Positions 37,036 to 47,400 of a DNA stretch of 64,000 bases are shown here, one piece after another; position 1 is the first letter of the stretch, and the number at the start of each line of letters is the position of its first letter. The position numbers and the translations under genes were made by a program. The DNA is from Chitinophaga pinensis (GTDB taxonomy: Bacteria; Bacteroidota; Bacteroidia; UKL13-3): the NCBI GenBank assembly GCA_943372215.1, contig CALRXU020000022.1, positions 1,975-65,974 on the forward strand, in the 5' to 3' direction. Below the pieces are notes generated by a model. It worked only from the letters and a program-made list of their open reading frames with translations. It made no database searches and was not told the DNA's origin.

Positions 37036-38073
37036 ATGATTAGTTTACAACACCATTCCAAAATATATGTTTACTGCCCCTCAAAAGTTGTAACAGGAGG
37101 CGCTGAATTATTGCATCAACTCGTACATGTATTAAACATAAATGGCAAAGATGCTTACATTGTATATTTCGATGGGGGAAAAGAAGTGCCAGAAGCTTAT
37201 CGCAATTATCAGATAAAAATTGCCAAAACACCAGAAGACGAGAAGGATAACGTTGTGGTGTTATATGAAGGAGTTTTTGATTTTATATTACGCACCAAAC
37301 ACGCTCAAACCCTTTTGTGGTGGCTAAGTGTAGATAATTTATATTACAACTCTAAAAAGTACCTGAATCTTGTTGATTATTTCAAATGGAGCCCCAAATA
37401 CACATTGGAAGTGTTTGTATACCGGGTAGGTTACTTGTTAATGCGTAAAACATCATTATTTAAACAAAATGTTTCAATTAGGTATCTGAGCAAAAATAGC
37501 AACCTCAATTGTTACCAATCAGAGTATGCTCAGCATTTTTTGGTTAATAAGGGGTTCTCTGAGATGTTGCCATTAAGTGACTACATTAACGCTGATTTCA
37601 GTGTTAAAGAAGAAGATGCACCAAGAGTGAAAGAGGATATGGTATTGTATAACCCCAAAAAAGGCTTTGAGCACACCAGTAAACTCATTAAACTGGCTCC
37701 ACACCTTAATTGGGTGCCATTGCAGGGAATGAATAGACAACAATTACTTGAGGTGTTTCAACGAAGCAAATTGTATATTGATTTTGGTTTTCATCCTGGT
37801 AAAGATAGGCTTCCAAGGGAAGCAGCATTGAACAATTGTTGTATCATATCAGGTTGTTTTGGTTCTGCCAAGTTTTTTGAAGATGTGGCCATTTACGATG
37901 ACTATAAAATGGACTTGAACCATACATCTTACCAACAAGTGGTAAATAAAATAGAAGACATACTAGCTAATTATGAACAACATCTTCCAAATTTCGCGTT
38001 TTACAAAAAACGCATACAAAATGAAGAAGCCGAGTTTGTTCTCCAAACCAAACGCATTTTTGGGTTGATTTAG
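37036..38073 (+). CDS. Hypothetical protein in a glycan mini-locus (possible glycosyltransferase)
   Basis: 345-aa ORF 13 nt after glf. Only a weak GT-like N-terminal pattern (VTGGAELLHQLVHVL) was seen, with no firm family assignment. Confidence 0.45.
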   Translation: MISLQHHSKIYVYCPSKVVTGGAELLHQLVHVLNINGKDAYIVYFDGGKEVPEAYRNYQIKIAKTPEDEKDNVVVLYEGVFDFILRTKHAQTLLWWLSVDNLYYNSKKYLNLVDYFKWSPKYTLEVFVYRVGYLLMRKTSLFKQNVSIRYLSKNSNLNCYQSEYAQHFLVNKGFSEMLPLSDYINADFSVKEEDAPRVKEDMVLYNPKKGFEHTSKLIKLAPHLNWVPLQGMNRQQLLEVFQRSKLYIDFGFHPGKDRLPREAALNNCCIISGCFGSAKFFEDVAIYDDYKMDLNHTSYQQVVNKIEDILANYEQHLPNFAFYKKRIQNEEAEFVLQTKRIFGLI

Positions 38074-38179
38074 CTGGAGTAGCCTCTTTAAGCTATGTAT
38101 AACCCTATAAACCTGACTAAAATTAATTGTCAAATAAGGCACATAACCTTACATTTGCTAAAATCTATCAAAAAGTAAC

Positions 38180-39436
38180 ATGGATATTTTTGAAAAACTA
38201 TTGAAAAAAGCAGGGCCATTGGGCCAACATGCCGATGATGCCTATGGATATTATATGTTTCCTCGCTTAGAAGGAGAAATAGGGCCCAGAATGACTTTTA
38301 GAGGCAAAGAGATGTTAAACTGGAGTTTAAACAACTACTTGGGTTTAGCCAATCATCCTGAAGTGCGTAAAGCTGATGCCGATGCTGCAGCTGATTTTGG
38401 CTTGGCTTATCCAATGGGTGCGCGTATGATGAGCGGCAACTCTACTTTTCATGAACAATTAGATAGAGAACTGGCTGAATTCGTGGGTAAAGAAGACGCT
38501 GTGCTATTAAACTATGGTTACCAAGGTATGGTAAGCACCATTGATGCCTTGGTGGATAGACATGATGTGATTGTATATGATGCAGAAAGCCATGCTTGCA
38601 TTGTTGATGGGGTGCGTTTGCACATGGGTAAACGTTTCTTATACAAACACAACGATGCAGCTAGTTTAGAACAACAATTGATAAGGGCACAAAAATTGGT
38701 TGAGGGAACCCCAGGCGGGATATTAGTGATTACAGAAGGTGTTTTTGGAATGACTGGCTCTCAAGGAAATATTGCAGAGGTGGTAGAGCTTAAAAAGAAG
38801 TACAATTTTAGGTTGTTTGTTGATGATGCACATGGATTTGGCTCAATAGGCAAAGAGGGAAGAGGAATAGGGTTTGAACAAGATTGCAACGATGGGATTG
38901 ATATTTACTTTGGAACTTTTGCCAAGAGTATGGCGCTTATAGGTGGTTTTATTGCTGCAAAAAAAGAAGTTACCAAATACCTCAGATACAATTTACGCTC
39001 ACAGATTTATGCCAAGTCGCTTCCGATGGCTGTGGTAAAAGGAGCGCTAAAACGGTTGGAATTAATTCGTAAACATCCAGAGTACAAAGAACAACTTTGG
39101 ACGATAGTACGTGCATTACAAGGTGGACTTAAAGCCGCTGGTTTTGATATTGGAAAAACAAACAGCTGCGTTACTCCTGTAATGATGAAGGGAACAGTTG
39201 GTGAAGCAACCGCTGTGGTACATGATTTAAGAGAAAACTATGGTATTTTCTGCTCAGTAGTGGTGTATCCAGTTATTCCTAAAGGCATGATATTGTTGCG
39301 TTTAATTCCAACGGCCTCACATACCTTACAAGATGTGCAGGTAACTATTGATGCATTTAGCAGCATCCGCACTAAATTGGAACAAGGAGCTTATAGGGTA
39401 GATGTAGGCATTGTTGCCATGGGTGAATCTCACTAA
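38180..39436 (+). CDS. Alpha-oxoamine synthase family PLP enzyme (Kbl / BioF / serine-palmitoyltransferase-like)
   Basis: 418-aa ORF with NNYLGLANHP, VDDAHGFG, and GTFAKSMA (PLP-lysine motif). Confidence 0.85.
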   Translation: MDIFEKLLKKAGPLGQHADDAYGYYMFPRLEGEIGPRMTFRGKEMLNWSLNNYLGLANHPEVRKADADAAADFGLAYPMGARMMSGNSTFHEQLDRELAEFVGKEDAVLLNYGYQGMVSTIDALVDRHDVIVYDAESHACIVDGVRLHMGKRFLYKHNDAASLEQQLIRAQKLVEGTPGGILVITEGVFGMTGSQGNIAEVVELKKKYNFRLFVDDAHGFGSIGKEGRGIGFEQDCNDGIDIYFGTFAKSMALIGGFIAAKKEVTKYLRYNLRSQIYAKSLPMAVVKGALKRLELIRKHPEYKEQLWTIVRALQGGLKAAGFDIGKTNSCVTPVMMKGTVGEATAVVHDLRENYGIFCSVVVYPVIPKGMILLRLIPTASHTLQDVQVTIDAFSSIRTKLEQGAYRVDVGIVAMGESH

Positions 39437-39477
39437 CATACAATAACAAGTACCATGCTTAATTGTGTGGTACTTGT

Positions 39478-40020
39478 TTAAAGCCTTTCAATATCACCAA
39501 ACCCCTTACTAATAACTTTCTTGTTGTTATTATAAAGTTGGTAATACATTCTGTATAAAGATTTTTTTGGAGCATTGGGTAGAGTCAGTTGAAGTGCGTT
39601 TTCACCCACAGCCAATTTAGTAACAGCACTTGCCTGAACGTTTAAGTACGCATCCACAATTACCAATTTTAATACGGCAACATCGCTAACCTCAATCCGC
39701 AAATAAAAATAGTCTTTAAATGGATTTGGGTAAACCTGAATATTGTTCACTTTAAACAAATCACTAACCCCTGTATAATTTACCTGATCTTTGACTCCAT
39801 TCAATAGAGATTCAACAGCAATAGGTATTTCGGCATTGGTTAACCAGTCTAATGTATCAATTGGTCCAGTTAAATTACCCAAATTATCATAGGCTGTAAT
39901 GCCGTTAATGCTAATTTTTGGAACATCAGGTACTGTTTGTTTAATAGCATCATCTTTTTTGCACGAGAAAGCAAATACCAAAACAAATGCAAAAACAAGT
40001 TGATGCGCTCTTGTGTTCAT
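39478..40020 (-). CDS. Small lipoprotein carrying a T9SS-type C-terminal domain
   Basis: 180-aa ORF. The lipobox FAFSC is followed by KKDD. The C-terminal part VYPNPFKDYFYLRIEV...LKLVIVD... resembles a T9SS CTD. Confidence 0.55.
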   Translation of the reverse strand: MNTRAHQLVFAFVLVFAFSCKKDDAIKQTVPDVPKISINGITAYDNLGNLTGPIDTLDWLTNAEIPIAVESLLNGVKDQVNYTGVSDLFKVNNIQVYPNPFKDYFYLRIEVSDVAVLKLVIVDAYLNVQASAVTKLAVGENALQLTLPNAPKKSLYRMYYQLYNNNKKVISKGFGDIERL

Positions 40021-40032
40021 AAGGAGCTAAGC

Positions 40033-41142
40033 TTAGCCAATAGCTTCGTTTAAATTTGGCAGTTTGCCAATATGCTGCAAGTATTTAAAATGTGATTGTA
40101 CAGCACCAAAGAAAGTTTTATTTTCAAGGTAGGGCACATTATACTCCTCGGCAGTTTGTTTCACAATATGGGAAATAGCTGGGTAGTGCACATGGCTTAT
40201 CTTGGGGAACAAGTGATGCTCAACCTGATAATTTAATCCGCCCAAATACCAGCTTAATACTTTATTACTGCGGCTAAAGTTCACCGTAGTGTTCAATTGA
40301 TGGATGGCCCAATCATTTTCAATAACTCCGTTTAATGGCATAGGGTGACTAGTTTGCTCAAGCGTGTGGGCCAATTGAAATACCAAGGTTAAAATAACTC
40401 CTGCCACAAAATGCATACTTAAAAAACCAATCATCACTTCGCCAAAAGGTACATTAAACACCAAAATGGGCAGCCCTAGCATAAACATAAAATAAAAAAT
40501 TTTGATGCCTACTATTTTAGCAAACGTAACCATGTTTTGTCTGCTGTTATTTGGATTAACTCCAGTTTTTGTAAATTGATAAAACTGCACAAAATCTTTG
40601 CCAACGGCCCAGTACAAGGTTAACAACCCATAAAACATGAGGGCATAAATCCATTGGAATTGGTGATACCACCTGGTTTTGGTGTGGGGCGAGAACTTTA
40701 ACACCAATCGGTCTTGGATATCTTCGTCTATATGGGTAATGTTGGTATAAGTATGGTGCAAAATGTTATGCTGTAGTTTCCAGTTAAAAATACTACCACC
40801 TAAAAGATTTAAAGTGGCTGCCATCATAGCATTGATATTTTTGTTTTGGGAGTAAGAACCATGGTTGGCATCATGCATTACACTCATGCCTATGCCTGAA
40901 ACCGCAATACCCATCATAATCCACAACAACAAAGAGATTGGAAAGGTTGGTTTAAAAAGCATCACCACAAAAAAAGGCAACAAATAAGCTAAAATTAGAA
41001 TAACAGATTTGCTAACCATTTCAGCATTGGCATATTTACTAATGTTGTTTTGGGTAAAATAATTATCAACCCTTGATTTCAATACTTTAGCGAAGTCTGT
41101 TCTGCTGCTGGGAATGAATTTTACTTGTTGTTTTGCGTTCAT
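40033..41142 (-). CDS. Membrane fatty-acid desaturase family protein
   Basis: 369-aa ORF with three histidine boxes: HDANHG, HNILHHTYTN and QVEHHLFP. Confidence 0.85.
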   Translation of the reverse strand: MNAKQQVKFIPSSRTDFAKVLKSRVDNYFTQNNISKYANAEMVSKSVILILAYLLPFFVVMLFKPTFPISLLLWIMMGIAVSGIGMSVMHDANHGSYSQNKNINAMMAATLNLLGGSIFNWKLQHNILHHTYTNITHIDEDIQDRLVLKFSPHTKTRWYHQFQWIYALMFYGLLTLYWAVGKDFVQFYQFTKTGVNPNNSRQNMVTFAKIVGIKIFYFMFMLGLPILVFNVPFGEVMIGFLSMHFVAGVILTLVFQLAHTLEQTSHPMPLNGVIENDWAIHQLNTTVNFSRSNKVLSWYLGGLNYQVEHHLFPKISHVHYPAISHIVKQTAEEYNVPYLENKTFFGAVQSHFKYLQHIGKLPNLNEAIG

Positions 41143-41168
41143 GCTTTAATTAATAATGTTATTATATT

Positions 41169-41954
41169 TTAGTCCCAAATAATAGAATAGTTTTGACGTA
41201 AAAGAGGTGCTATTTCTTCTTTAGTGAGCGAAATTTCAATCATTCCCTTACCATACGATGATACCTCATATGGGTTAAACAACCAAGTAACTCCTTTGTT
41301 TGTAATGAGAAAATTATCGTTCAAATGGAAGGTGTTGTCCTTAAACCAGAATCCAGCATCCTCTAAATCAGTGGTTTGGCTTAGGTTCTCCTGTTGTCTA
41401 AAAGCTTTTTCTGCAAGTTGTAAAACAAGCTTGTATGCAGAATCATTAAACAATTGAGTCAAAGTGAGCACCTTGTTGTTACGTTTATCATAGCAAGAGT
41501 AGCTCCTCGCTTGCATACCATGGGCTCCGCCAGTATAATCATTCATATTAACACCAATACACACCAAATGCCCTGATTGGTAAGGTACGTCAATATCGGT
41601 CTGGCTAAACCATACTTGTTCATTGTCTGGGTATTGTTTAGTAAAGGAAGCGTATTCTGCTAAGAATGTTTGTTGGGTTTTCTCCAGTGTATTTTTACCC
41701 GAGACACCAAGCAATAAGTTAATAATGTGGTTCAAACTGTCAGCGGTGCCAGTTTTATCCGTAAAAACGGGGTAATTATATGTAATATGCGCACAATCAG
41801 GTGAGTCAGCCTTGCATTGGTTAAAGGTGAGGCTGACTTTTTTGAGTTCATAATTTAACGTGTCGTTATGCAGGTTTCCATTTTTTGTGCATGAAGTATT
41901 TAAACAACAAATACTTAAAGCAATGGCGCATAAAACAAGCAGATAGCGTTGCAT
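41169..41954 (-). CDS. DUF3298/DUF4163-like lipoprotein
   Basis: 261-aa ORF with a signal/lipobox region. YTGGAHGMQ is the characteristic motif of this family. Confidence 0.65.
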   Translation of the reverse strand: MQRYLLVLCAIALSICCLNTSCTKNGNLHNDTLNYELKKVSLTFNQCKADSPDCAHITYNYPVFTDKTGTADSLNHIINLLLGVSGKNTLEKTQQTFLAEYASFTKQYPDNEQVWFSQTDIDVPYQSGHLVCIGVNMNDYTGGAHGMQARSYSCYDKRNNKVLTLTQLFNDSAYKLVLQLAEKAFRQQENLSQTTDLEDAGFWFKDNTFHLNDNFLITNKGVTWLFNPYEVSSYGKGMIEISLTKEEIAPLLRQNYSIIWD

Positions 41955-42063
41955 TTTGTTACAATTAAAAATGTAAAGGTAACATTAATATCAATACACA
42001 CGCAATCCATTAATCAACAATCTGATAGCAAAATGGTTGCTTTAATGGTCAACCCAACAATGT

Positions 42064-42459
42064 TTAGTGGTGGTCTTCTACTGGAGGAGGGGAAGTATTT
42101 GCTGGAGCAGCCGTTTTCTTGCGGTACGTTAAAAATACCATAATCTGCGCCAACTCCTCAGCCGAAACCCGTTCTTCGCTCATTTCTGTTTCATGTTTGG
42201 TATTGGCTACCCGTACTTTGTACACCTCCAATTGGGCATCTGTAAAAGTAGGTATAACCTCGCGGCCAAATTTTTTGGTGGTATGGCATTTTGCACAATT
42301 TAGGTTGTACAGTTCTCTGCCTTTTTCCCATTGTTTAATATAATCTGCTTTAACATGGGCTAACATTTCAGAGGGAAACTCGTAGGTAATCTTAGGGGGA
42401 AGTTTGCAAGCCGTGGCTGCAATACATACTAAAAGAATAAAAAAAGTAAGTCTATACAT
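42064..42459 (-). CDS. Small c-type cytochrome (lipoprotein)
   Basis: 131-aa ORF with the lipobox ATAC and a single heme-binding CAKCH. It lies 6 nt downstream of the peroxidase gene. Confidence 0.75.
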   Translation of the reverse strand: MYRLTFFILLVCIAATACKLPPKITYEFPSEMLAHVKADYIKQWEKGRELYNLNCAKCHTTKKFGREVIPTFTDAQLEVYKVRVANTKHETEMSEERVSAEELAQIMVFLTYRKKTAAPANTSPPPVEDHH

Positions 42460-42465
42460 ATCGTA

Positions 42466-44391
42466 TTAATATATACCGCCTATGGTGCGGTTGTTCCAGT
42501 TTTTGTTTGCTGATAAAGGTAATTTTGCTGGTGGGTTTTCAAAAACAACTTGCTCGTTTAATGACGCAATAAAATCCAATAAGTATTGCTTTTCTATTGA
42601 TGTTAAATGCAGGGAGTCGCTGGATAAGGTTTGGTTTGGAACATTTAAGCCTCTTCCGGCACCACCTCCTGCATTATAAAAATCAATAACCTCCGATAAG
42701 GATTTAAAAACACCATTGTGCATGTAAGGTTTTGTTGCAGCACTGTTCCTTATTGTACCTGTTCTAAATGCATTCAGCGTCTCGTTGGCTGGGTTAATAT
42801 TGTAACGGCCTTTATCATTACTAATTAAAGAGTAATTGGTGTCTTCTGGTACTCCAAGTACCTCAAATTCAGAACCAACATATGGTGGTTTTACGCCATT
42901 AAATTGGGGCGCAAAATGGCAGGTGCCGCACTGTGCTTTACCCATAAACAAGTTAAAACCTAAAACGGCATTGGAACTCAATTCTTGTTTCTTATTCATG
43001 GCCTCATCAAAAGGAGCAGTGTACTTGCTAAACTTGCTGTAATAATAAGTAATTGCAGATGCAATATGCGTGGCATTTATCTCTTTTTCTTGTGGAGTAT
43101 ATTTTAATAAATAAGTCAATAACTTGTTATACTCTTTGCAACTCATCACTTTAGTAACCAATTCCTTTTCTGTATTTCCCATTTCTGCATTGTTGGTAAT
43201 TACCCCAATGGTTTGGTCCTGCAAACTAATGTGTTTTCCATCAGCCATAATCAAGTGGTTGTATTGCGCATTAAGCAGGGAAGGGGTGTTGCGGGCTAAA
43301 AATCCATTGTGGTTAAATTCTAAAGCTGTCGGGCTTACGGTATCAGTAAAAAAGCTATTGGGATTATGGCATGATGCACAACTTCTCTGGTTATTACCAG
43401 AAAGTATGGGGTCAAAAAATAACAACTTACCCAAGCGGTCAATCTCTGCCAAGTCCTTTTCATCAGTTACCCGTAAAAAAACACCTTTAGGGTTCTGTCC
43501 ACGGTATAAATCTTTTGAAAAAATGGAAGAAGCCTGTTTGTTTAATGAATAATCAACCATGCTTTTACTGGCTACTTGATATTTAACAATCATTTGCTGG
43601 TTTAATGCAAACAGCGGATTAACATAATCTCGGATAAAAGTAAAGTGGTCAAACAGGGTATAATCTGTTGGTTGCGATTCTGCAAACTGCAAGGCTTGTT
43701 TGTAAAGTTGCAAGTAGGCTGTATGCAAAGCTACTTTAGGATAACTCTCATTGTACAGTTGGTAAATACGCTCCACTTGTAGCAGCATCATGTTTAGCTC
43801 AGGAATAACCCTACTTGGTTGAGGGCAATCAAATCCACTGGTGTAAATAGTAGCCAGATTTAGTAAAAACAAGCGGTTACATAAATAAAAATGGTGGTAA
43901 GAGGAGAGAAGCGTGGTAATAGAATCGGCATAAAATGTTTTAGTTGCCTGTAAACTTTGCTGTAATAAATCCAATAAATAATCTTTGTTCACATGGTCTT
44001 CATCTAGGTGTTGCAGTGCTAAAGTATAGCCAGCACCTTCGCGCCTATATGGCTTTTCAAATTTTTCAAATACTTCAGTTTCCCATTCAATGGGCAAAGG
44101 GCCATTTATTTTTTTGTACGAAAGCGGTTCAAGATACCTCAGCCAAAAATCTACCCCCTTCAGGTTATTTCTTGTTTCAATAATGGCTTGTTTTATGGAA
44201 GCAATGTCGGTTTCATGCTCCAAGTTGCTATGTTGTACTTTTGCAATTAATTGCTCCTGCATCTGCTTAAATGCAGTTATTCTGGTTATATAATCCAATT
44301 GGTATGCATCTGATTGTTTAAACACATTAAACGAAAAGGTGATACACCCTATGGCAACAATAAAAAATAAAAATATTAAAGGTCTCTTCAT
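42466..44391 (-). CDS. Di-heme cytochrome c peroxidase / MauG-family protein with a roughly 330-aa N-terminal extension
   Basis: 641-aa ORF with two heme motifs, CASCHNP and CGTCHFAP, at CCP-like spacing, plus PYMHNGVF. Confidence 0.85.
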   Translation of the reverse strand: MKRPLIFLFFIVAIGCITFSFNVFKQSDAYQLDYITRITAFKQMQEQLIAKVQHSNLEHETDIASIKQAIIETRNNLKGVDFWLRYLEPLSYKKINGPLPIEWETEVFEKFEKPYRREGAGYTLALQHLDEDHVNKDYLLDLLQQSLQATKTFYADSITTLLSSYHHFYLCNRLFLLNLATIYTSGFDCPQPSRVIPELNMMLLQVERIYQLYNESYPKVALHTAYLQLYKQALQFAESQPTDYTLFDHFTFIRDYVNPLFALNQQMIVKYQVASKSMVDYSLNKQASSIFSKDLYRGQNPKGVFLRVTDEKDLAEIDRLGKLLFFDPILSGNNQRSCASCHNPNSFFTDTVSPTALEFNHNGFLARNTPSLLNAQYNHLIMADGKHISLQDQTIGVITNNAEMGNTEKELVTKVMSCKEYNKLLTYLLKYTPQEKEINATHIASAITYYYSKFSKYTAPFDEAMNKKQELSSNAVLGFNLFMGKAQCGTCHFAPQFNGVKPPYVGSEFEVLGVPEDTNYSLISNDKGRYNINPANETLNAFRTGTIRNSAATKPYMHNGVFKSLSEVIDFYNAGGGAGRGLNVPNQTLSSDSLHLTSIEKQYLLDFIASLNEQVVFENPPAKLPLSANKNWNNRTIGGIY

Positions 44392-44417
44392 GTAAACAAT
44401 TTGCCGTCTGTTAAAAG

Positions 44418-44450
44418 CATAAAAACGGAAGGCTTTAGCAAGCCTCCCGT
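44418..44450 (-). terminator. Rho-independent terminator downstream of the giant gene
   Basis: The minus strand reads ACGGGAGGCTT-GCTA-AAGCCTTCCGT (11 bp including one G-U) followed by TTTTT. Confidence 0.6.
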
Positions 44451-44477
44451 TTTGAGTTTGAAATGTATTACCAACTG

Positions 44478-47400
44478 TTAGTGCATTACGACTAATTTGA
44501 TGGTGTTTGATTTGTTACCTGATGTTAAATGAATAAAGTAAACCCCATTTTGCAGTCCTGCCGTAGGAAGTTCCAAATTATTTTCACCTGCTACCAAACT
44601 TTTAGTAACACTTGCTATTGCTTCTTTGCCTTGAATATCAACAACGTTAACCGTTACTTCTTCTTGTTGGCTTAGAAGCAAGGTTAAAGTGGTGTTATCA
44701 GAAGTTGGATTAGGGAACAATTTAACAAATGAACTAAGTTGATTAGCATTATTTAAGCCTACTTTACGAGTAGCCTCACCTTTTAAACTAAAGGTAAATG
44801 TACCTTCATTTTCATCAGAGTTAACAATAGATATAGTAGCAGTTCTGTTTCCTTCAGCCAATGGTGCAAATTGAACACTAATTGTTTGTGATGCATTAGG
44901 AGCAATGTTCCAAGGTAATGTTGGTGTGTTTACCAAAGTAAACTCACTTGCATTTGTTCCTGTAAAGTTAATTGCACTTACCTGTAAGCTATCAGAGCCG
45001 GTGTTTCTTACAGTAAAGGCGTTGGTACGTTTAGCATCCTTTTCAATTGCACCAAAGTCAGTGTTATCAGCAACGGTTGGGGTAACATCACCAGAAGCAA
45101 TGTCGTTGTTGTCACCAATTACTACAATTTCCTCCTCAAGCGAGTTACCTTGCAATGCAAAACTGTAAGCAGGCTCATCAAGGTCATTGCTTCCGATGTT
45201 AATTGTACCTGAACGAACACCTGCACTTGTTGGGGTGAATTTAACTGTCATGCTGGCCGAACCATTAGGAAGAATGGCTAATGGGAATGTAGGAGCCGCA
45301 ACCAATGTAAATTCACTTGCATTTGTACCTGTGAAGCTAGCACCAGTAATACTTAAGGTATCGTTACCAATATTTTGAACAACAAACTCACGGTTAATAG
45401 AACCATTTTTACTTACGCTACCAAAGTTAGTAAAGTCTACAGTGCTTGGTGTGTTATCACCATTTGATATGTTGGTATTGTTACCTTGAATATTTATCTC
45501 AGGAGTGATAGCGGTAGCCTGTATGCTAAAGTCATATGGATTTTCATCAGCATCATTGCTTGCAATATTCACAGTAGCTGAACGTAAGCCAAAAGCAATT
45601 GGCGTGCACCTTACTGTTATGCTTCTGTTAGTTCCAGGAGCAATAACCATTGGGAAAGAGTTAGTTCCAGTTAAAGCAAACTCTGTGTTTTGAGCACCAG
45701 TAAATGTAATACCTGTAACTCTTAACGAATCAGACCCTATATTTTGAATACTAAATGCACGTGAGGCATTGCTGCTTAAATCAATGGTTCCAAAGTCAGT
45801 ATTATCATTTGTTGCAGGAGTAACATCTCCGTCTGCTACATTATTACCATTACCTTGGATGTTGATGTCAGCAGGGCTAACCGTTCCTCTTAATGCGTAA
45901 GTGAATGTTCCTTCATCAAAATCATTGGTATTTAACTGGATATTTGCTGAACGAGTACCTGAACCAAGTGCTATAAATCTCACAACAATGTTTTGTGTGC
46001 CATTTGCAGGGATTGATATTGGGAAGGTTAATGAACTGTTCAATGCAAAGTCTGCTGCATTTGCTCCAGTAAAGCTAATTCCTCTTAAAGTTAAGCTACC
46101 TGGTCCAGCATTTCTGATGCTGTAAGTTCTGGTTCTGCTTGTTCCTACAACAGAGCTTCCAAAATCAGTACTATCTGATACCAATGGTGTGACATCGTTA
46201 TTAGGAATTTCAACAGCACCACCAAATACACTAACCTCAGGATTTGAGTTGGCTGTTTCAGCGCTGTACAATTTTAAAATTTGTCCACCTTCAACCAAAT
46301 CACCAGGCAAAGTATAATGAGCTTGGTCAACCATTAAGAAATTACCAGCACCTAAAATGTCTTGCACATCAATAATACCTGAAGCCTCTTCATCAATAGT
46401 TAAGAAGTTAGGCGCACCAGTAATAAATCTGGTTGAATCATGGTAGGCAAGAACCCTTAATTGGTCAGTAGCGGTTGTGTACTCCCAAACTTTACCAATG
46501 TGAATGTTGTTTCCAACATCTTCTTGAATAAGCAGATGTCCAAAATTGTCAAAACCGATGTTATCCATCATTTTCGGGCCTTCAGTGCCATCTAACACGG
46601 CTGTAATTGTACCACCAGTAGTTGGGTTTTTGATGTCGTTAAAACGCAACCTCCACAAACGGCTTGGAGCAGTAAATGCATTGGTAGTTACAAAGTAAAA
46701 ATCATTTGGACTAGCTGGATCCCATGCACCATCTTCAGGACGTAAGAAATTAGTTACACCTAAGTTGTTGCTACGGGTATTTAAGGCAGCACCAGATGAA
46801 TCTCTTACATTGCCTAAATCAACCATAGTAAATGCAGTATTAGGAGTTGGGAAGCTGCCAGAAACCTCAGTAGTTAAACCAGCTACAGCCACACCATACA
46901 ATTTACCATTGGTTAAACCAGCTCTGTCAACCTCAGTTCCAGTATTGGTTTTAGTGCCAACATACATGTAAACCTGTCCAGGAGTGGCATCATCAGTGCC
47001 AGCCACAACGGTTAAGTTACCAGAAGCAGGGGTAGCAACTGCATTTTCCCAAGAGAATTTACCTAAGCCAGGTAACTCATAAGAAGTACCTGCATTAACG
47101 CCAGTTGCAATGTGTCCGAAAGCACGGCCTTCAGTTCCATTTTCTTCGCCATTCATAAAAATACGCTCTTGAGTGCCCAAACCAGTAACAGGGTTGTAAA
47201 ACGCATTTATAGGAGGCAAATCAGCAGAACAAAAACGACCAAACGCTTTTTTGCTGGTAGTATCTGCTGGGTTAAATAAAGTATATCCAACACCAGGAGT
47301 ATATAAGTTAACTTTAGAAATTAAATCAGCACCTGAAATAACTGCTAAGCTTTTTTTATCAATCATCCACTTAGAAACAAAAGCACCTCTCGCACCATGC

